This document shows, one piece after another, positions 1 through 8,717 of a DNA stretch of 64,000 nucleotides. Each line of letters opens with the position of its first letter. Position 1 is the first letter of the stretch. Made by a program: the position numbers and the translations under genes. Origin of the DNA: a virus (Duplodnaviria > Caudoviricetes). Location: positions 11,067 to 75,066 of the IMG/VR virus record IMGVR_UViG_2772190776_000003, one strand, 5' to 3'. The notes below the pieces were generated by a model. It searched no databases, had not been told where the DNA came from, and was given only the letters and a program-made list of their open reading frames with translations.

Positions 1-1496
1 ACACCCAGCTCTGCACGGCGTTTTTGCTCCACGGCCTGCTGCACCAGAACTTCCTCCCAGTCCAGGCCCTGCTCTGCGCACTCCTGCTCCAGCGTGGAAA
101 CGCCGATTTCCAGCCGCAGCTTGGCGGCCGTGATTTCTTTGACGGGGTCCACCCAGCCACGGCCACCGAACACAAAGCGGCAGCGGCAGTAGGCGTAGCG
201 GTTGGCGTAGAAGTCGGGCGCTTCAATCACACCGGCATTCACGGCCTCTTCCAGCCACAGCTCGTAGATGGGCTTGAGCCAGTGCGTCATGAGCCAGCGG
301 CGGCGGCCCTGGAAGTAGCGCCAGGCCTCCAGCAGCACGGCACGGGCGCTGGAATAGTTCAGGCGGCTGAAATCTTTGGCGAACAGCTCATAGGGCAGGT
401 TCATGCCTGCGGCGATGCGCCGTTCCACCGCCTGCATGAAAGCCTCAAACGCCACATTGGGGCGGCTGGGAGCAAAACTCTGCAGGCGTGCGCCAGCAGG
501 CAACGGGATGACAGCTGCGCCCTGCAGCTTGCCAATGCTTTGCGCCTGCTTGACGGACTTGCCCCAGGCCTCGCGGGGATCGTCGCCAAACAGGGCTGCT
601 GCAGATTCCTGGTCCAGGTTGGATTCCAGGAAGGCGGCCACCAGCGAGTTGGCCAAGCTGGCCTGCAGCTCGTTCTGCGCATACTTGCCCGCCATGTGGA
701 ATTCGCGCATCACGGCGCTCACAATGGGCTTGCCGCGCGATTGGCCTGTGCGCTCTTTGGCATGCAAGTGCACCACCCGGCGACGCCCCCAAGGCGTGAA
801 GGCAGGCACACGCTCCCAGCGGTACAGATCGTGCACTTCATGCCCGCTCAGGTATGGCGCATCGCCAGGGTGTGCTGCGCGGAAGTGATAGGCCACAGGG
901 GCACCGTTGGTGTCGTACTCAATGCCACGGCGAATACGGGCCATGCCCTCCAGGTGTGGAGGCGTCTCCAGCCGGTCAGACTCAATCAGGCACAGGCGGG
1001 TAGCCCATGGGCTGTCTGGGCGGGGCAGCCATTTGGGAATAGCCACTGCATCACCATTGAGCATTTCGCCGCTCAGGGCCAGCACTGTCATGCCCAGCAG
1101 GTCCAGCGTGCGGGCGGCATCGCAATCCGTGGTCTCTGCCCAGCTGCGGAAATGGGCCTCCACCTTGTTGCCCCACTCCCGCGCCTGCTCTACGGACCAG
1201 CCCAGCAGGCGGTAGTCCGGCATGGCAGAAAGGCGCAGCACCGCACCCACAATGTTGTCACGGTGGGTCTGCAGGCCACCGGCCATGAGGCCGTCATTGC
1301 GTGCCAGGTCACGGCTGCGGCTGGTGAGTGCGCCCAGTTCAGGCAGCAGATCAGCATCTGGGCTGCCCAGGCCGGGCTGCCAGTCACGCAGTGCCAGGTC
1401 GGTGTGAGACGCGCCCTGGTACGCAGACATGCTGGCACCCGCTGCCACAGAGGCAGCTGCGCGAGTACGGCGGGAGAGAGATTGCTTGCGCCCCAT
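1..1496 (-). CDS. Phage portal protein, lambda gpB family (3' end runs off the window)
   Basis: Not in the ORF track. Manual translation from ATG 1496 gives MGRKQSLSRRTR...SPDADLLPELGALTSRSRDLARNDGLMAGGLQTHRDNIVG, typical of lambda portal N-termini. It follows gpW. Confidence 0.88.
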   Translation of the reverse strand, partial: MGRKQSLSRRTRAAASVAAGASMSAYQGASHTDLALRDWQPGLGSPDADLLPELGALTSRSRDLARNDGLMAGGLQTHRDNIVGAVLRLSAMPDYRLLGWSVEQAREWGNKVEAHFRSWAETTDCDAARTLDLLGMTVLALSGEMLNGDAVAIPKWLPRPDSPWATRLCLIESDRLETPPHLEGMARIRRGIEYDTNGAPVAYHFRAAHPGDAPYLSGHEVHDLYRWERVPAFTPWGRRRVVHLHAKERTGQSRGKPIVSAVMREFHMAGKYAQNELQASLANSLVAAFLESNLDQESAAALFGDDPREAWGKSVKQAQSIGKLQGAAVIPLPAGARLQSFAPSRPNVAFEAFMQAVERRIAAGMNLPYELFAKDFSRLNYSSARAVLLEAWRYFQGRRRWLMTHWLKPIYELWLEEAVNAGVIEAPDFYANRYAYCRCRFVFGGRGWVDPVKEITAAKLRLEIGVSTLEQECAEQGLDWEEVLVQQAVEQKRRAELG

Positions 1497-1498
1497 CA

Positions 1499-1723
1499 CT
1501 ACACCAGATAGATGGGGCCACGACGCTTGCCAGTGCGGCTGTCAAGCTCTTCATGGATGGCTTGAATTTGCCGCTCAATCTGGGTCGTGTCCTGATTGAA
1601 CTGAACGGAGCGGCCGCCCCCGCTGGCTGTGGTGGGCAAGGTCAAGCGCGCCTCCAGCGCCTGCATCAGCTTGTCGCGCTTGGCCTGGAGTTGCTCAACA
1701 GAAAGATGGCGGTAGATACCCAT
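1499..1723 (-). CDS. gpW-family head-tail joining protein
   Basis: 74 aa with helix-hairpin pattern ending RRGPIYLV, immediately before the portal gene. Confidence 0.8.
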   Translation of the reverse strand: MGIYRHLSVEQLQAKRDKLMQALEARLTLPTTASGGGRSVQFNQDTTQIERQIQAIHEELDSRTGKRRGPIYLV

Positions 1724-1734
1724 GCGCCGAATGG

Positions 1735-1780
1735 TCGGCGAGGTGCTGCGAACAAACCAGACGAACTAGTTCGCTAAATT
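1735..1780 (-). promoter_or_regulatory. Putative Mor-activated late promoter of the head operon
   Basis: Perfect dyad CGAACTAGTTCG (1762-1773) upstream of gpW, followed on the - strand by GCCGACCAT, a motif also seen at the candidate Mor promoter near 44150. Confidence 0.45.
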
Positions 1781-1997
1781 TTGTCGCAGGCGGCTAGGGC
1801 TTATGCAGCAAAGAAGTCAACAATCAATTTAATAGCATTTTTGTGGAAACCGGGCACTCAATGACCATTGCGCATTCCCCAAACAGGCAGAGCCATGTCT
1901 GAATGGATCTCCATTGTTATCCGCCTATTTTTGGGTGCCGCAACAGCGTGCATCACGGTCAGACCTGCATGCCATCGTGAAGCAACATACAAAAAAA

Positions 1998-2114
1998 AGA
2001 TGCCATTGCATCCATTTAAAACAATCAATGCTGCAGAAAATAAAAAAAGATGCAAAAGCATCTATTGATTGCCGTGCATAGCCATATGTGGTAAAAATAG
2101 ATGAAAAGGCATCT
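1998..2114 (+). promoter_or_regulatory. Three HipB-type operators and the hipBA promoter
   Basis: AGATGCCATTGCATCC (1998-2013), AGATGCAAAAGCATCT (2048-2063) and AGATGAAAAGGCATCT (2099-2114), spaced 50-51 bp; TTGCCG-17-TAAAAA lies between sites 2 and 3. Confidence 0.7.
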
Positions 2115-2123
2115 TTTAACACC

Positions 2124-2432
2124 ATGAAACACAGCATCCACACCGTCGCAGACCTCGGCCTGATTTTGCGTGCAGTACGTAAAAGCCAAGGCTTGCGCCT
2201 GGACGATTTGGCAGGCAGCGCAGGCGTTGGCCATGTGTTTGCCCGTGAGGTGGAGCACGGCAAAGCAACCGTGCAGATGGGCCGCGTACTCAAGCTGCTT
2301 CAAGAAGCAGGCCTTCAGCTTACCGTAGACATCCCATCCAGCGCGCTGGAGCAATTTGAAGCGCTGCAATCCACGGGCCTCAAACCTCTGAAGCCACGTA
2401 CACGCAGCAGCAACGCAAAGGCCAAGGCATGA
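2124..2432 (+). CDS. hipB: HipB-like XRE HTH antitoxin (y4mF-type)
   Basis: LRAVRKSQGLRLDDLAGSAGVGHVFAREVEHGK HTH; overlaps the hipA start; ATG 2124 preferred over GTG 2088. Confidence 0.8.
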   Translation: MKHSIHTVADLGLILRAVRKSQGLRLDDLAGSAGVGHVFAREVEHGKATVQMGRVLKLLQEAGLQLTVDIPSSALEQFEALQSTGLKPLKPRTRSSNAKAKA

Positions 2433-3721
2433 GCACGGCACGCCAGCTTCTTGTGCGCATCAATGACGCCACAGTGGGCACCCTCAGCACCCAAGACGAC
2501 ATCTGGCGCTTTGCCTACGCCCCTGAATGGATAGCAAGCCCCAAAGCATTTGCGCTGGCTCCAGGACTGCCGCTTTCAGAAGCCGAATATGTAGACGGAG
2601 CCAGCCAACGCCCCGTGCAGTGGTACTTTGACAACCTGCTGCCCGAAGAACAACTGCGCAGCGTGTTGGCCAAAGAAGCCCAAATTGATGAGGCAGACGC
2701 TTTTGGCCTGCTGGGCTACTTTGGCGCAGAGTCAGCAGGCTCACTGGTGCTGGCTGCACCCGATGCAACCGCTGCAGCAACGGGGCTGCAACCTCTGCCT
2801 CTGCCAGAGCTGAATGTCCGCATTCGCAACCTGCCCCGCGCCACGCTCACGCAAAAATCGCCCAAGCGCATGTCACTGGCGGGTGCGCAGCACAAAATGG
2901 TGGTGGTCTACCGCGATGAGCAACTGTTTGAGCCACTGCCCGGCACGCCCTCCACCCACATCCTCAAGCCGGACAGCCAGTCTGCCGACTACCCGCACTC
3001 CGTCATCAACGAATACTTCAGCATGCGCCTGGCCGCAGCAGTGGGCTTGAACGTACCCGCCGTACACCGCCTTTATGCCCCAGAGCCTGCATACATTGTT
3101 GAGCGCTTTGACCGCCGCACAGGCCCGGATGGCAGCACCCAACGCCTGCACATCATTGATACCTGCCAGTTGCTGGCCAAGTCACGCGCCTTCAAATACG
3201 AGCAGGCAACCTTGGGCACACTGGTTCAGGCTGTAGAGCAATGCACCGCCAAAGCCGCCACACGCCTGCAGCTGTACCGTTGGCTGGTGTTTAACTACCT
3301 GCTGGGCAACGGTGACAACCACCTCAAAAACATCTCTTTCCTCATCAGCCACGCAGGCATACAACTCGCCCCCGCTTACGACTTGCTGTGCACCGCGGTG
3401 TATGACACCCGATCGTTCAGCGAAAGCCCCGTCTGGCCTAAAACCCAACTGGCGCTGAGCTTGGGCCAAGCCACCCAGTTTGAACACGTCAACCGCGCAG
3501 TCATGCTGCAGGCGGGGGCAGATTTAGGCTTGTCCAAAGGCACCGCAACACGCGAACTGGACAAAATGCTCAAAACACTGCCAGAGCATGCCGACCGACT
3601 GATCGCAGCAATTGAAGCCAGCTACCCTGCTCAGGCCACCAACTACCAGGCGGGTGAACTACGGCTGCTGCGCGCCATACGCCATGTGATCGTGCAAGAC
3701 ACACTCCAGCGCTTGCAATAA
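2429..3721 (+). CDS. hipA: HipA-family Ser/Thr kinase toxin
   Basis: N-terminal FDNLLPE motif, SLAGAQHK P-loop, THILKP, VERFDR, GNGDNHLKNIS and LAPAYDL motifs. Confidence 0.93.
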   Translation: MSTARQLLVRINDATVGTLSTQDDIWRFAYAPEWIASPKAFALAPGLPLSEAEYVDGASQRPVQWYFDNLLPEEQLRSVLAKEAQIDEADAFGLLGYFGAESAGSLVLAAPDATAAATGLQPLPLPELNVRIRNLPRATLTQKSPKRMSLAGAQHKMVVVYRDEQLFEPLPGTPSTHILKPDSQSADYPHSVINEYFSMRLAAAVGLNVPAVHRLYAPEPAYIVERFDRRTGPDGSTQRLHIIDTCQLLAKSRAFKYEQATLGTLVQAVEQCTAKAATRLQLYRWLVFNYLLGNGDNHLKNISFLISHAGIQLAPAYDLLCTAVYDTRSFSESPVWPKTQLALSLGQATQFEHVNRAVMLQAGADLGLSKGTATRELDKMLKTLPEHADRLIAAIEASYPAQATNYQAGELRLLRAIRHVIVQDTLQRLQ

Positions 3722-3739
3722 AGACCACCCAAAAACACA

Positions 3740-3772
3740 AAGCCCCTGCCAGCCAACGCCAGCAGGGGCTTT
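3740..3772 (+). terminator. Hairpin terminator after hipA
   Basis: AAGCCCCTGC...GCAGGGGCTTT inverted repeat. Confidence 0.6.
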
Positions 3773-3780
3773 CTTCAAGC

Positions 3781-3834
3781 AAAATCAGCCGCTAACGCTT
3801 ACCCAGCAAGCGCTAGCAGCTATCAAATTTGAAA
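3781..3834 (-). repeat. REP-like extragenic palindromic element, copy 1
   Basis: On the - strand TTTCAAATTTGATAGCTGCTAGCGCTTGCTGGGTAAGCGTTAGCGGCTGATTTT; related copy at 26895-26948. Confidence 0.6.
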
Positions 3835-3838
3835 ACCC

Positions 3839-4678
3839 TCACCCAAGCACAGAGCGAGATGTGTCAGAAAGCCTTGGCTTGCGGTCGCGCTCGAGGCGGG
3901 GGGATACGGGCGCGGCCACGGCGGTGGAGGTGGTTGCAGCGGCGGCGGCTTTGTTGGCCGCGCGCAGCTCGCGTATCTGGGCGCGTTCGGAGAGTTGGTG
4001 GGCACAGGCGGTGACCAGTGCGGCCAGCTGCGCGTCGGAGGGGATGACGTCGTGCTTGGCGATGTGCTGGGTGAGCGCGTTCAGTGAGGTAACCATCTGG
4101 TCATCACCCACCACATGTGTCTGGGGAATGGTGGGCTGGCCATCACGGTCGTAGCCAAAGCTGAGCAGGTAGCGCACGCGACGCCAGTCACTGTTGCGGC
4201 CGGAGGCAATGGCCTCAAACACAGTCTGCGTCACTTGCGCGGCGGCCTGGGCGGCCAGGCTGTGGGCCAGCTCAATGCGGGCGGGGTCGTAGGCGGGCTT
4301 TTGCAGCTCGGCCTCCATGCGGTTGAAGGCGGCGATGTAAGCCAGCTTCCAGCGCAGTGCCTCTTTGCCGGTAAAGCCCATGGCAAGGAGCATGAAGCCT
4401 TCGCGGTTCATGCGGTAGGCTGGATCTTTCCGAGTTGCACCTTTGATGTTTGCAGCCCCTTCGATCTTTGTTTCTACAGAGGTCTGCGCAAAATTGCGCG
4501 CATCTGCTTCAGGCAGTTCTTGAATCAGATTCTTGATTGCACGCATGACGTCGCGATGGCGTTTGCCAAAGAACTGTGCGACTTGCACGCTGGTGGTGGT
4601 GACTGTGCCGTTGTGAATAGAAAGCTCAGGACGAGCGCAAACAGCGGATGCAGAAGAACCGGGAGTGATGTCAGCCAT
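3839..4678 (-). CDS. rha: Rha-family phage regulatory/antirepressor protein
   Basis: TTSVQVAQFFGKRHRDVMRAI and YRMNREGFMLLAMGFTGKEALRWKLAYIAAFNRME motifs; ATG 4678 has an AAGGAG RBS. Confidence 0.9.
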   Translation of the reverse strand: MADITPGSSASAVCARPELSIHNGTVTTTSVQVAQFFGKRHRDVMRAIKNLIQELPEADARNFAQTSVETKIEGAANIKGATRKDPAYRMNREGFMLLAMGFTGKEALRWKLAYIAAFNRMEAELQKPAYDPARIELAHSLAAQAAAQVTQTVFEAIASGRNSDWRRVRYLLSFGYDRDGQPTIPQTHVVGDDQMVTSLNALTQHIAKHDVIPSDAQLAALVTACAHQLSERAQIRELRAANKAAAAATTSTAVAAPVSPRLERDRKPRLSDTSRSVLG

Positions 4679-4735
4679 AACAGGCTCCTTGACGACAGGT
4701 TTTGAACCCATCCTCTCCCCGACCAAAAGGAGGTG

Positions 4736-4807
4736 ATGGACCGTGCAGGGTTGGTCGACCGGGTCAAGGAACCGGCACACCCTTGCGGGTGTCCCCACAC
4801 GGCCCAC
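4736..4807 (-). ncRNA. C4-like antisense RNA upstream of rha
   Basis: Cloverleaf-like fold. Segments CCTTGAC and CGACCAA are complementary to GTCAAGG and TTGGTCG sites upstream (4889-4909) and downstream (4686-4726), as in the P1 c4 / P4 CI systems. Confidence 0.75.
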
Positions 4808-4958
4808 CGTAAAGCGAAACCATGTGCACGCAGACATGCTTAGAAAGCAAAAAGCCGCAACCAACTTTTTTGTGGCGCGGCTGCTGCGCCTTGACTACCG
4901 AGCGACCAAGCCCAGATCACGCTTACGGGCGTGATGTGCAGATTCTATGCGCTTTTCT

Positions 4959-6443
4959 TTACGCCTCCAACCGTCCGGACATCTCACAGACTTCTAAATA
5001 TTTATTTAATTTAATAAATATTTCGTTTTCCTGCCCACTTCTTAAATTAAAAGATTGCATTACATAACCAGCAAGCCTTAACTCATCAAAATCAACCCTA
5101 CTCCTACCATTCTTGGAAATAATTGAAATAATTGCAAAAGATTTCAAAAAATCTCCCCAAGTCCTTATGATAGTGCTATACGAAGAGCCATTTTTCAAAA
5201 AAATATGCTTACTCAATTTATCAAAACCATTACCTATTTGATTAAAATTTTCAATAAAATTTCTACTTATTAGCTTCTCAAGCTTTATTAAACACAACAA
5301 TAAAAATATTATCTCTTCATGTGGCAATATTGAATCACCTTTCTTAAGAAGTTCTAAACATATACGGAGCCTAGAAAACAAAGATTTTATCACTCTAAGA
5401 TCAAAATTATAATTCAGACAAACAAACTCATAAAATCTCAATGCATCCCCATTAAAACTTATTGAATCACTCAGGAGAGAAGATTTCGAATCCATAATAC
5501 TCCTAAAATCGTCCAAAGAATATATATATTCTTTTATTGTTGGAGATGGTAACTTTAATCTATGATTAAAAAATCTATCCAAGTATCTATCTGCTTCGAA
5601 ATTAGCACCATAAATTGTCCTAATTGACTCTTTTAATTGAAATATATTCACAGAAGATATAAAACATATACCTTTTGAATTAAAAATGTGTTTTACCACT
5701 TCCAGAAGGCGCACAGCATAATCCGGCCGACATCTGTCTAATTCATCAATAAAAATGAACACTGGGCCTATAGATGATTTTTTTCCACGCACCAAATCTT
5801 CTGCGACCCTAGACAATTCAGCTTTAAATTTCTCGATAAGCTGTATATTTTTATTGTGCGCTTTTAATTTTGTGTGGAGCGAGAAAGATGCAATTTCATT
5901 TTGTTCATCTTTCTCACTATCAAGAACCTCTTTAGTACTATCAGCAATTGATTTAGCTACTTCTTTAGCGACCTCGTCCGTAACCAGATAGCCAAGTGCT
6001 TTAACTCCTGCACCTTTCACTAGTTCTTGAGCAATAGGCAGCAGCCGCTTTTGAGATTTTTTAATACTTTCGCTAGCTAATTTGACGCACCCCCTCTTAT
6101 CCCAACGCTCCAGATCAGCGTAAATATGACTGAGAAAGCCAATCAACGGCTCATCAACAATGTCGTTCTTCCACGCATCGAACCGACTGACGAGATGGCC
6201 CTTAGCTTCCAAATCACGCATCCAGCAATTGATAAAAAAGCTTTTTCCACTACCCCAATCTCCATCAATTGCAAAGATTAATGCATTGTCTTCAGCTTCG
6301 CTTGTTTCCGCGAATTCAATCACTTGGTACAGAAAGTCTGCATAGCCTTTTCTATTTAACTTATCATTAGCCCAAATATTATTTATTTCTATTTCTTTAT
6401 CTTGCAAAAGCATACATACCTTTAAATAAAAAAGCCACTTCAT
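4959..6443 (-). CDS. KAP-family P-loop NTPase
   Basis: Walker A AIDGDWGSGKS, FDAWKND, Walker B FIFIDELDRCRPDYAVRLLEVVKH, YLDRFF; very AT-rich. Confidence 0.88.
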   Translation of the reverse strand: MKWLFYLKVCMLLQDKEIEINNIWANDKLNRKGYADFLYQVIEFAETSEAEDNALIFAIDGDWGSGKSFFINCWMRDLEAKGHLVSRFDAWKNDIVDEPLIGFLSHIYADLERWDKRGCVKLASESIKKSQKRLLPIAQELVKGAGVKALGYLVTDEVAKEVAKSIADSTKEVLDSEKDEQNEIASFSLHTKLKAHNKNIQLIEKFKAELSRVAEDLVRGKKSSIGPVFIFIDELDRCRPDYAVRLLEVVKHIFNSKGICFISSVNIFQLKESIRTIYGANFEADRYLDRFFNHRLKLPSPTIKEYIYSLDDFRSIMDSKSSLLSDSISFNGDALRFYEFVCLNYNFDLRVIKSLFSRLRICLELLKKGDSILPHEEIIFLLLCLIKLEKLISRNFIENFNQIGNGFDKLSKHIFLKNGSSYSTIIRTWGDFLKSFAIISIISKNGRSRVDFDELRLAGYVMQSFNLRSGQENEIFIKLNKYLEVCEMSGRLEA

Positions 6444-6471
6444 TTACAGGAAGCAGCTTGAAACATAAATG

Positions 6472-6903
6472 TTATTTTTTACTTGATTTTGCTAATCTTC
6501 TTTTCCATTCGAGAGGATCACATTCTTCGCAAATATTAAATGCATCATGCCCATGTGTTGCTTGGAAAAATTTCCGCATTAATTCAAAAAGATCTTTCTG
6601 ATAACTATTAACGCTTTCCGCAGAAAATGCAGCAGCGTGATCACGAACAAACATCATCATGCTTGGAAAGTCTGGCAGATAGACTTCATAGATATGATCA
6701 CCTCGCAAACAAACATGCGCTAGAAATTCTCCTCTGTTCTCAGACTCATAAATCTGAATATGCGACAAATCTTCTCCACCGAATTCCATTGGTAAAGTTT
6801 TGAAATTTATCCTTATAAGATAATCATCAAAATCTTCACCATCTTCCCAATCCAATAAATGACAATCGTTAAACCATTCACCACGCTTGTATGTATACCG
6901 CAT
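6472..6903 (-). CDS. Hypothetical protein (AT-rich cargo)
   Basis: 143-aa ORF with a strong AGGAGG RBS, co-oriented with neighbours. Confidence 0.7.
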   Translation of the reverse strand: MRYTYKRGEWFNDCHLLDWEDGEDFDDYLIRINFKTLPMEFGGEDLSHIQIYESENRGEFLAHVCLRGDHIYEVYLPDFPSMMMFVRDHAAAFSAESVNSYQKDLFELMRKFFQATHGHDAFNICEECDPLEWKRRLAKSSKK

Positions 6904-6923
6904 ATCCAGCCTCCTCCTTTTAA

Positions 6924-7850
6924 TTAAATAGAACGTAACTTGTATTTCTTTATCTCTGTCGCACTGACAGGATCACGAAATACGGTAACGCTTACAGGCA
7001 GATTTACGCTTTGCCCCAGGCGCATTGCGGACACCACATCGGCTTGAGCTTTTGGCTTGAATTTAATATTTATTTTTTCACCAGATGCCGTAAGCAATTG
7101 GATACGGCCTGATGCTGAAAGCAAACTAACAGCACCTGCTATTTCAGCATCTTTAGGCTCAGGGTCTTTAGTACTTTTTAAAAGTGTTCTGATGTGAATG
7201 ACTTCTGAATAAGAAATCATTTTGCTTTTGGCTGCACCATTGGCATGCCATTTCACTTCCACAGAGCATTCCTCTTTTTCAATGGCATACAGCACGTCGT
7301 GCAGTGCATCAGCAGCCATTTCCCCCAAACCATCAATGGAGGCATAGAACTCTGCCGCATCCCTGCCGCTATTAAGTGTGTCAAATAAGTGTTCAACACC
7401 TTCAACTAGCGCTGTGGTGCCAGTCATGTCTGGCATGGTGTTGCCAACAATAAATAAGCGGGCAGAGCCTTCTGCAAGGCCGGCGAGCTTGAGGTTCATT
7501 TCATTGGAGAAACTTTCGCCAGTGCCGTTTTCAGGCTCCTCATGGTTTCGGGCGAAATAGGCTGCGCGCAGCAATAGCTTGTTAAGGGGGTCTGACAGAC
7601 GCGCCAAAAGCCCCATTGGCACTGCGCCGCCTTCTGTGCTTTGACCAATCAAGCGCCATTCAAGCGCTTGAGCCGCAAGTAAACCTTTTGCCTCTTCAAG
7701 CTGAATTTCGGCTTTTCTAGCAGCACCTAGTTGGTTTTTTGCTGCGATTTTAAGAAGCGGGTTTGCAGGGTCTTGTGCTGACCGCTGTGCCGTGATGGTG
7801 GCGAATTCACGCAGTTTTTCTGCGTGCTGCTGGAGAAAGGCGAGATTCAT
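6924..7850 (-). CDS. Hypothetical protein coupled to the DUF6932 gene
   Basis: 308-aa ORF with a 4-bp overlap with the upstream gene; beta-rich C-terminus. Confidence 0.75.
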   Translation of the reverse strand: MNLAFLQQHAEKLREFATITAQRSAQDPANPLLKIAAKNQLGAARKAEIQLEEAKGLLAAQALEWRLIGQSTEGGAVPMGLLARLSDPLNKLLLRAAYFARNHEEPENGTGESFSNEMNLKLAGLAEGSARLFIVGNTMPDMTGTTALVEGVEHLFDTLNSGRDAAEFYASIDGLGEMAADALHDVLYAIEKEECSVEVKWHANGAAKSKMISYSEVIHIRTLLKSTKDPEPKDAEIAGAVSLLSASGRIQLLTASGEKINIKFKPKAQADVVSAMRLGQSVNLPVSVTVFRDPVSATEIKKYKLRSI

Positions 7851-8299
7851 ATCAAAACCTCCGCAATACCTTTGGCGGTCACTCGGTCGTGGCAGTACCC
7901 AAACATGCCCTTCCAGTAGGCCTCTTCGTGAATGACCCGCTCTGGTGCGGGCATTGCAAGGTATACATCAAGCCCGTAAACAGCTTTGCAGGTTGGGTTA
8001 TCAAAAAGCAATTCGGCCTGTGTTTGTTGGTCATCATTGAAAGGCGCTTGAATCATGGGGGACCACATAATTAAGTCGATGTCATTGGGCGTTTCTTTTT
8101 CTGTAAGAAAAGAGCCGTCAAGCCACACGCAACCTGATAAGCCCAGTTGCTTGAGCTGCTGGCGCCAAGCCAAGAACCGACCAAAGAGGTCTGCTCGCTT
8201 TGTGCTGCCAGGGAAAGCTTCGACGGTTAAAACTTTGATCTCCTCAAGCGTCAGCCGGTGTAGCCCGGGCTGCAACAATGGCTTGGCATCTACCTTCAT
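7847..8299 (-). CDS. DUF6932-like polymerase-beta nucleotidyltransferase
   Basis: VWLDGSFLTEKETPNDIDL (GS...DxD) motif and C-terminal KGI. Confidence 0.72.
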   Translation of the reverse strand: MKVDAKPLLQPGLHRLTLEEIKVLTVEAFPGSTKRADLFGRFLAWRQQLKQLGLSGCVWLDGSFLTEKETPNDIDLIMWSPMIQAPFNDDQQTQAELLFDNPTCKAVYGLDVYLAMPAPERVIHEEAYWKGMFGYCHDRVTAKGIAEVLI

Positions 8300-8378
8300 T
8301 TCGCTTCATGCGGACACCTAGTCGCACATGCCTCCTTGTTATTAGTGATGGCATGTTACACAACCGAATATCAGGCAC

Positions 8379-8717
8379 TCAACTCTCCCCCAACAACCTC
8401 TGCACCCACCGCACACTCACCCCGTACTCCCGCGCCAGGGCGCGGGTGTTGCGGCCGTTGAACTTGGCGCGCACCTCTGTGGCGATGCGTTCACGCTCCA
8501 TGACCCGGGGGTTGCGCACGTAAACGGTGGAGCCACCCAGTCGGTCTACATAACGGCTAACCAACGCCTCGGTCAAATCTTCCACCCGCTCCACGCCATG
8601 GCACACGGCGGCGGCTGTCAGCTCTTCACGCAGCACGGCGATGGGGTCCAGCTTGTTTGCTGCTGTGGTCTTTTTGCTCATGGTTTTGATAGCTGGTTGC
8701 GCTTGATTCATGGTCAT
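8379..8717 (-). CDS. Mor/C-family transcription activator
   Basis: LGGSTVYV...FNGRNTRALAREYGVSVRWVQRLL. Confidence 0.85.
   Translation of the reverse strand: MTMNQAQPAIKTMSKKTTAANKLDPIAVLREELTAAAVCHGVERVEDLTEALVSRYVDRLGGSTVYVRNPRVMERERIATEVRAKFNGRNTRALAREYGVSVRWVQRLLGES

Noticed and set aside
24-1511. 495-aa + strand ORF
   Set aside because: Antisense shadow of the portal gene on the - strand.
4736-4807. Cloverleaf structures (also 26114-26189) as tRNA genes
   Set aside because: They lack the TTCRA T-loop and D-loop consensus, and their loops match flanking targets as in C4 RNAs.
4679-4864. N-terminal extensions of rha (and 26081-26248 of the Bro-N gene) given in the ORF track
   Set aside because: They run through the C4-like RNA regions, and downstream ATGs have strong RBSs. 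Short ash/icd-type peptides there remain possible.
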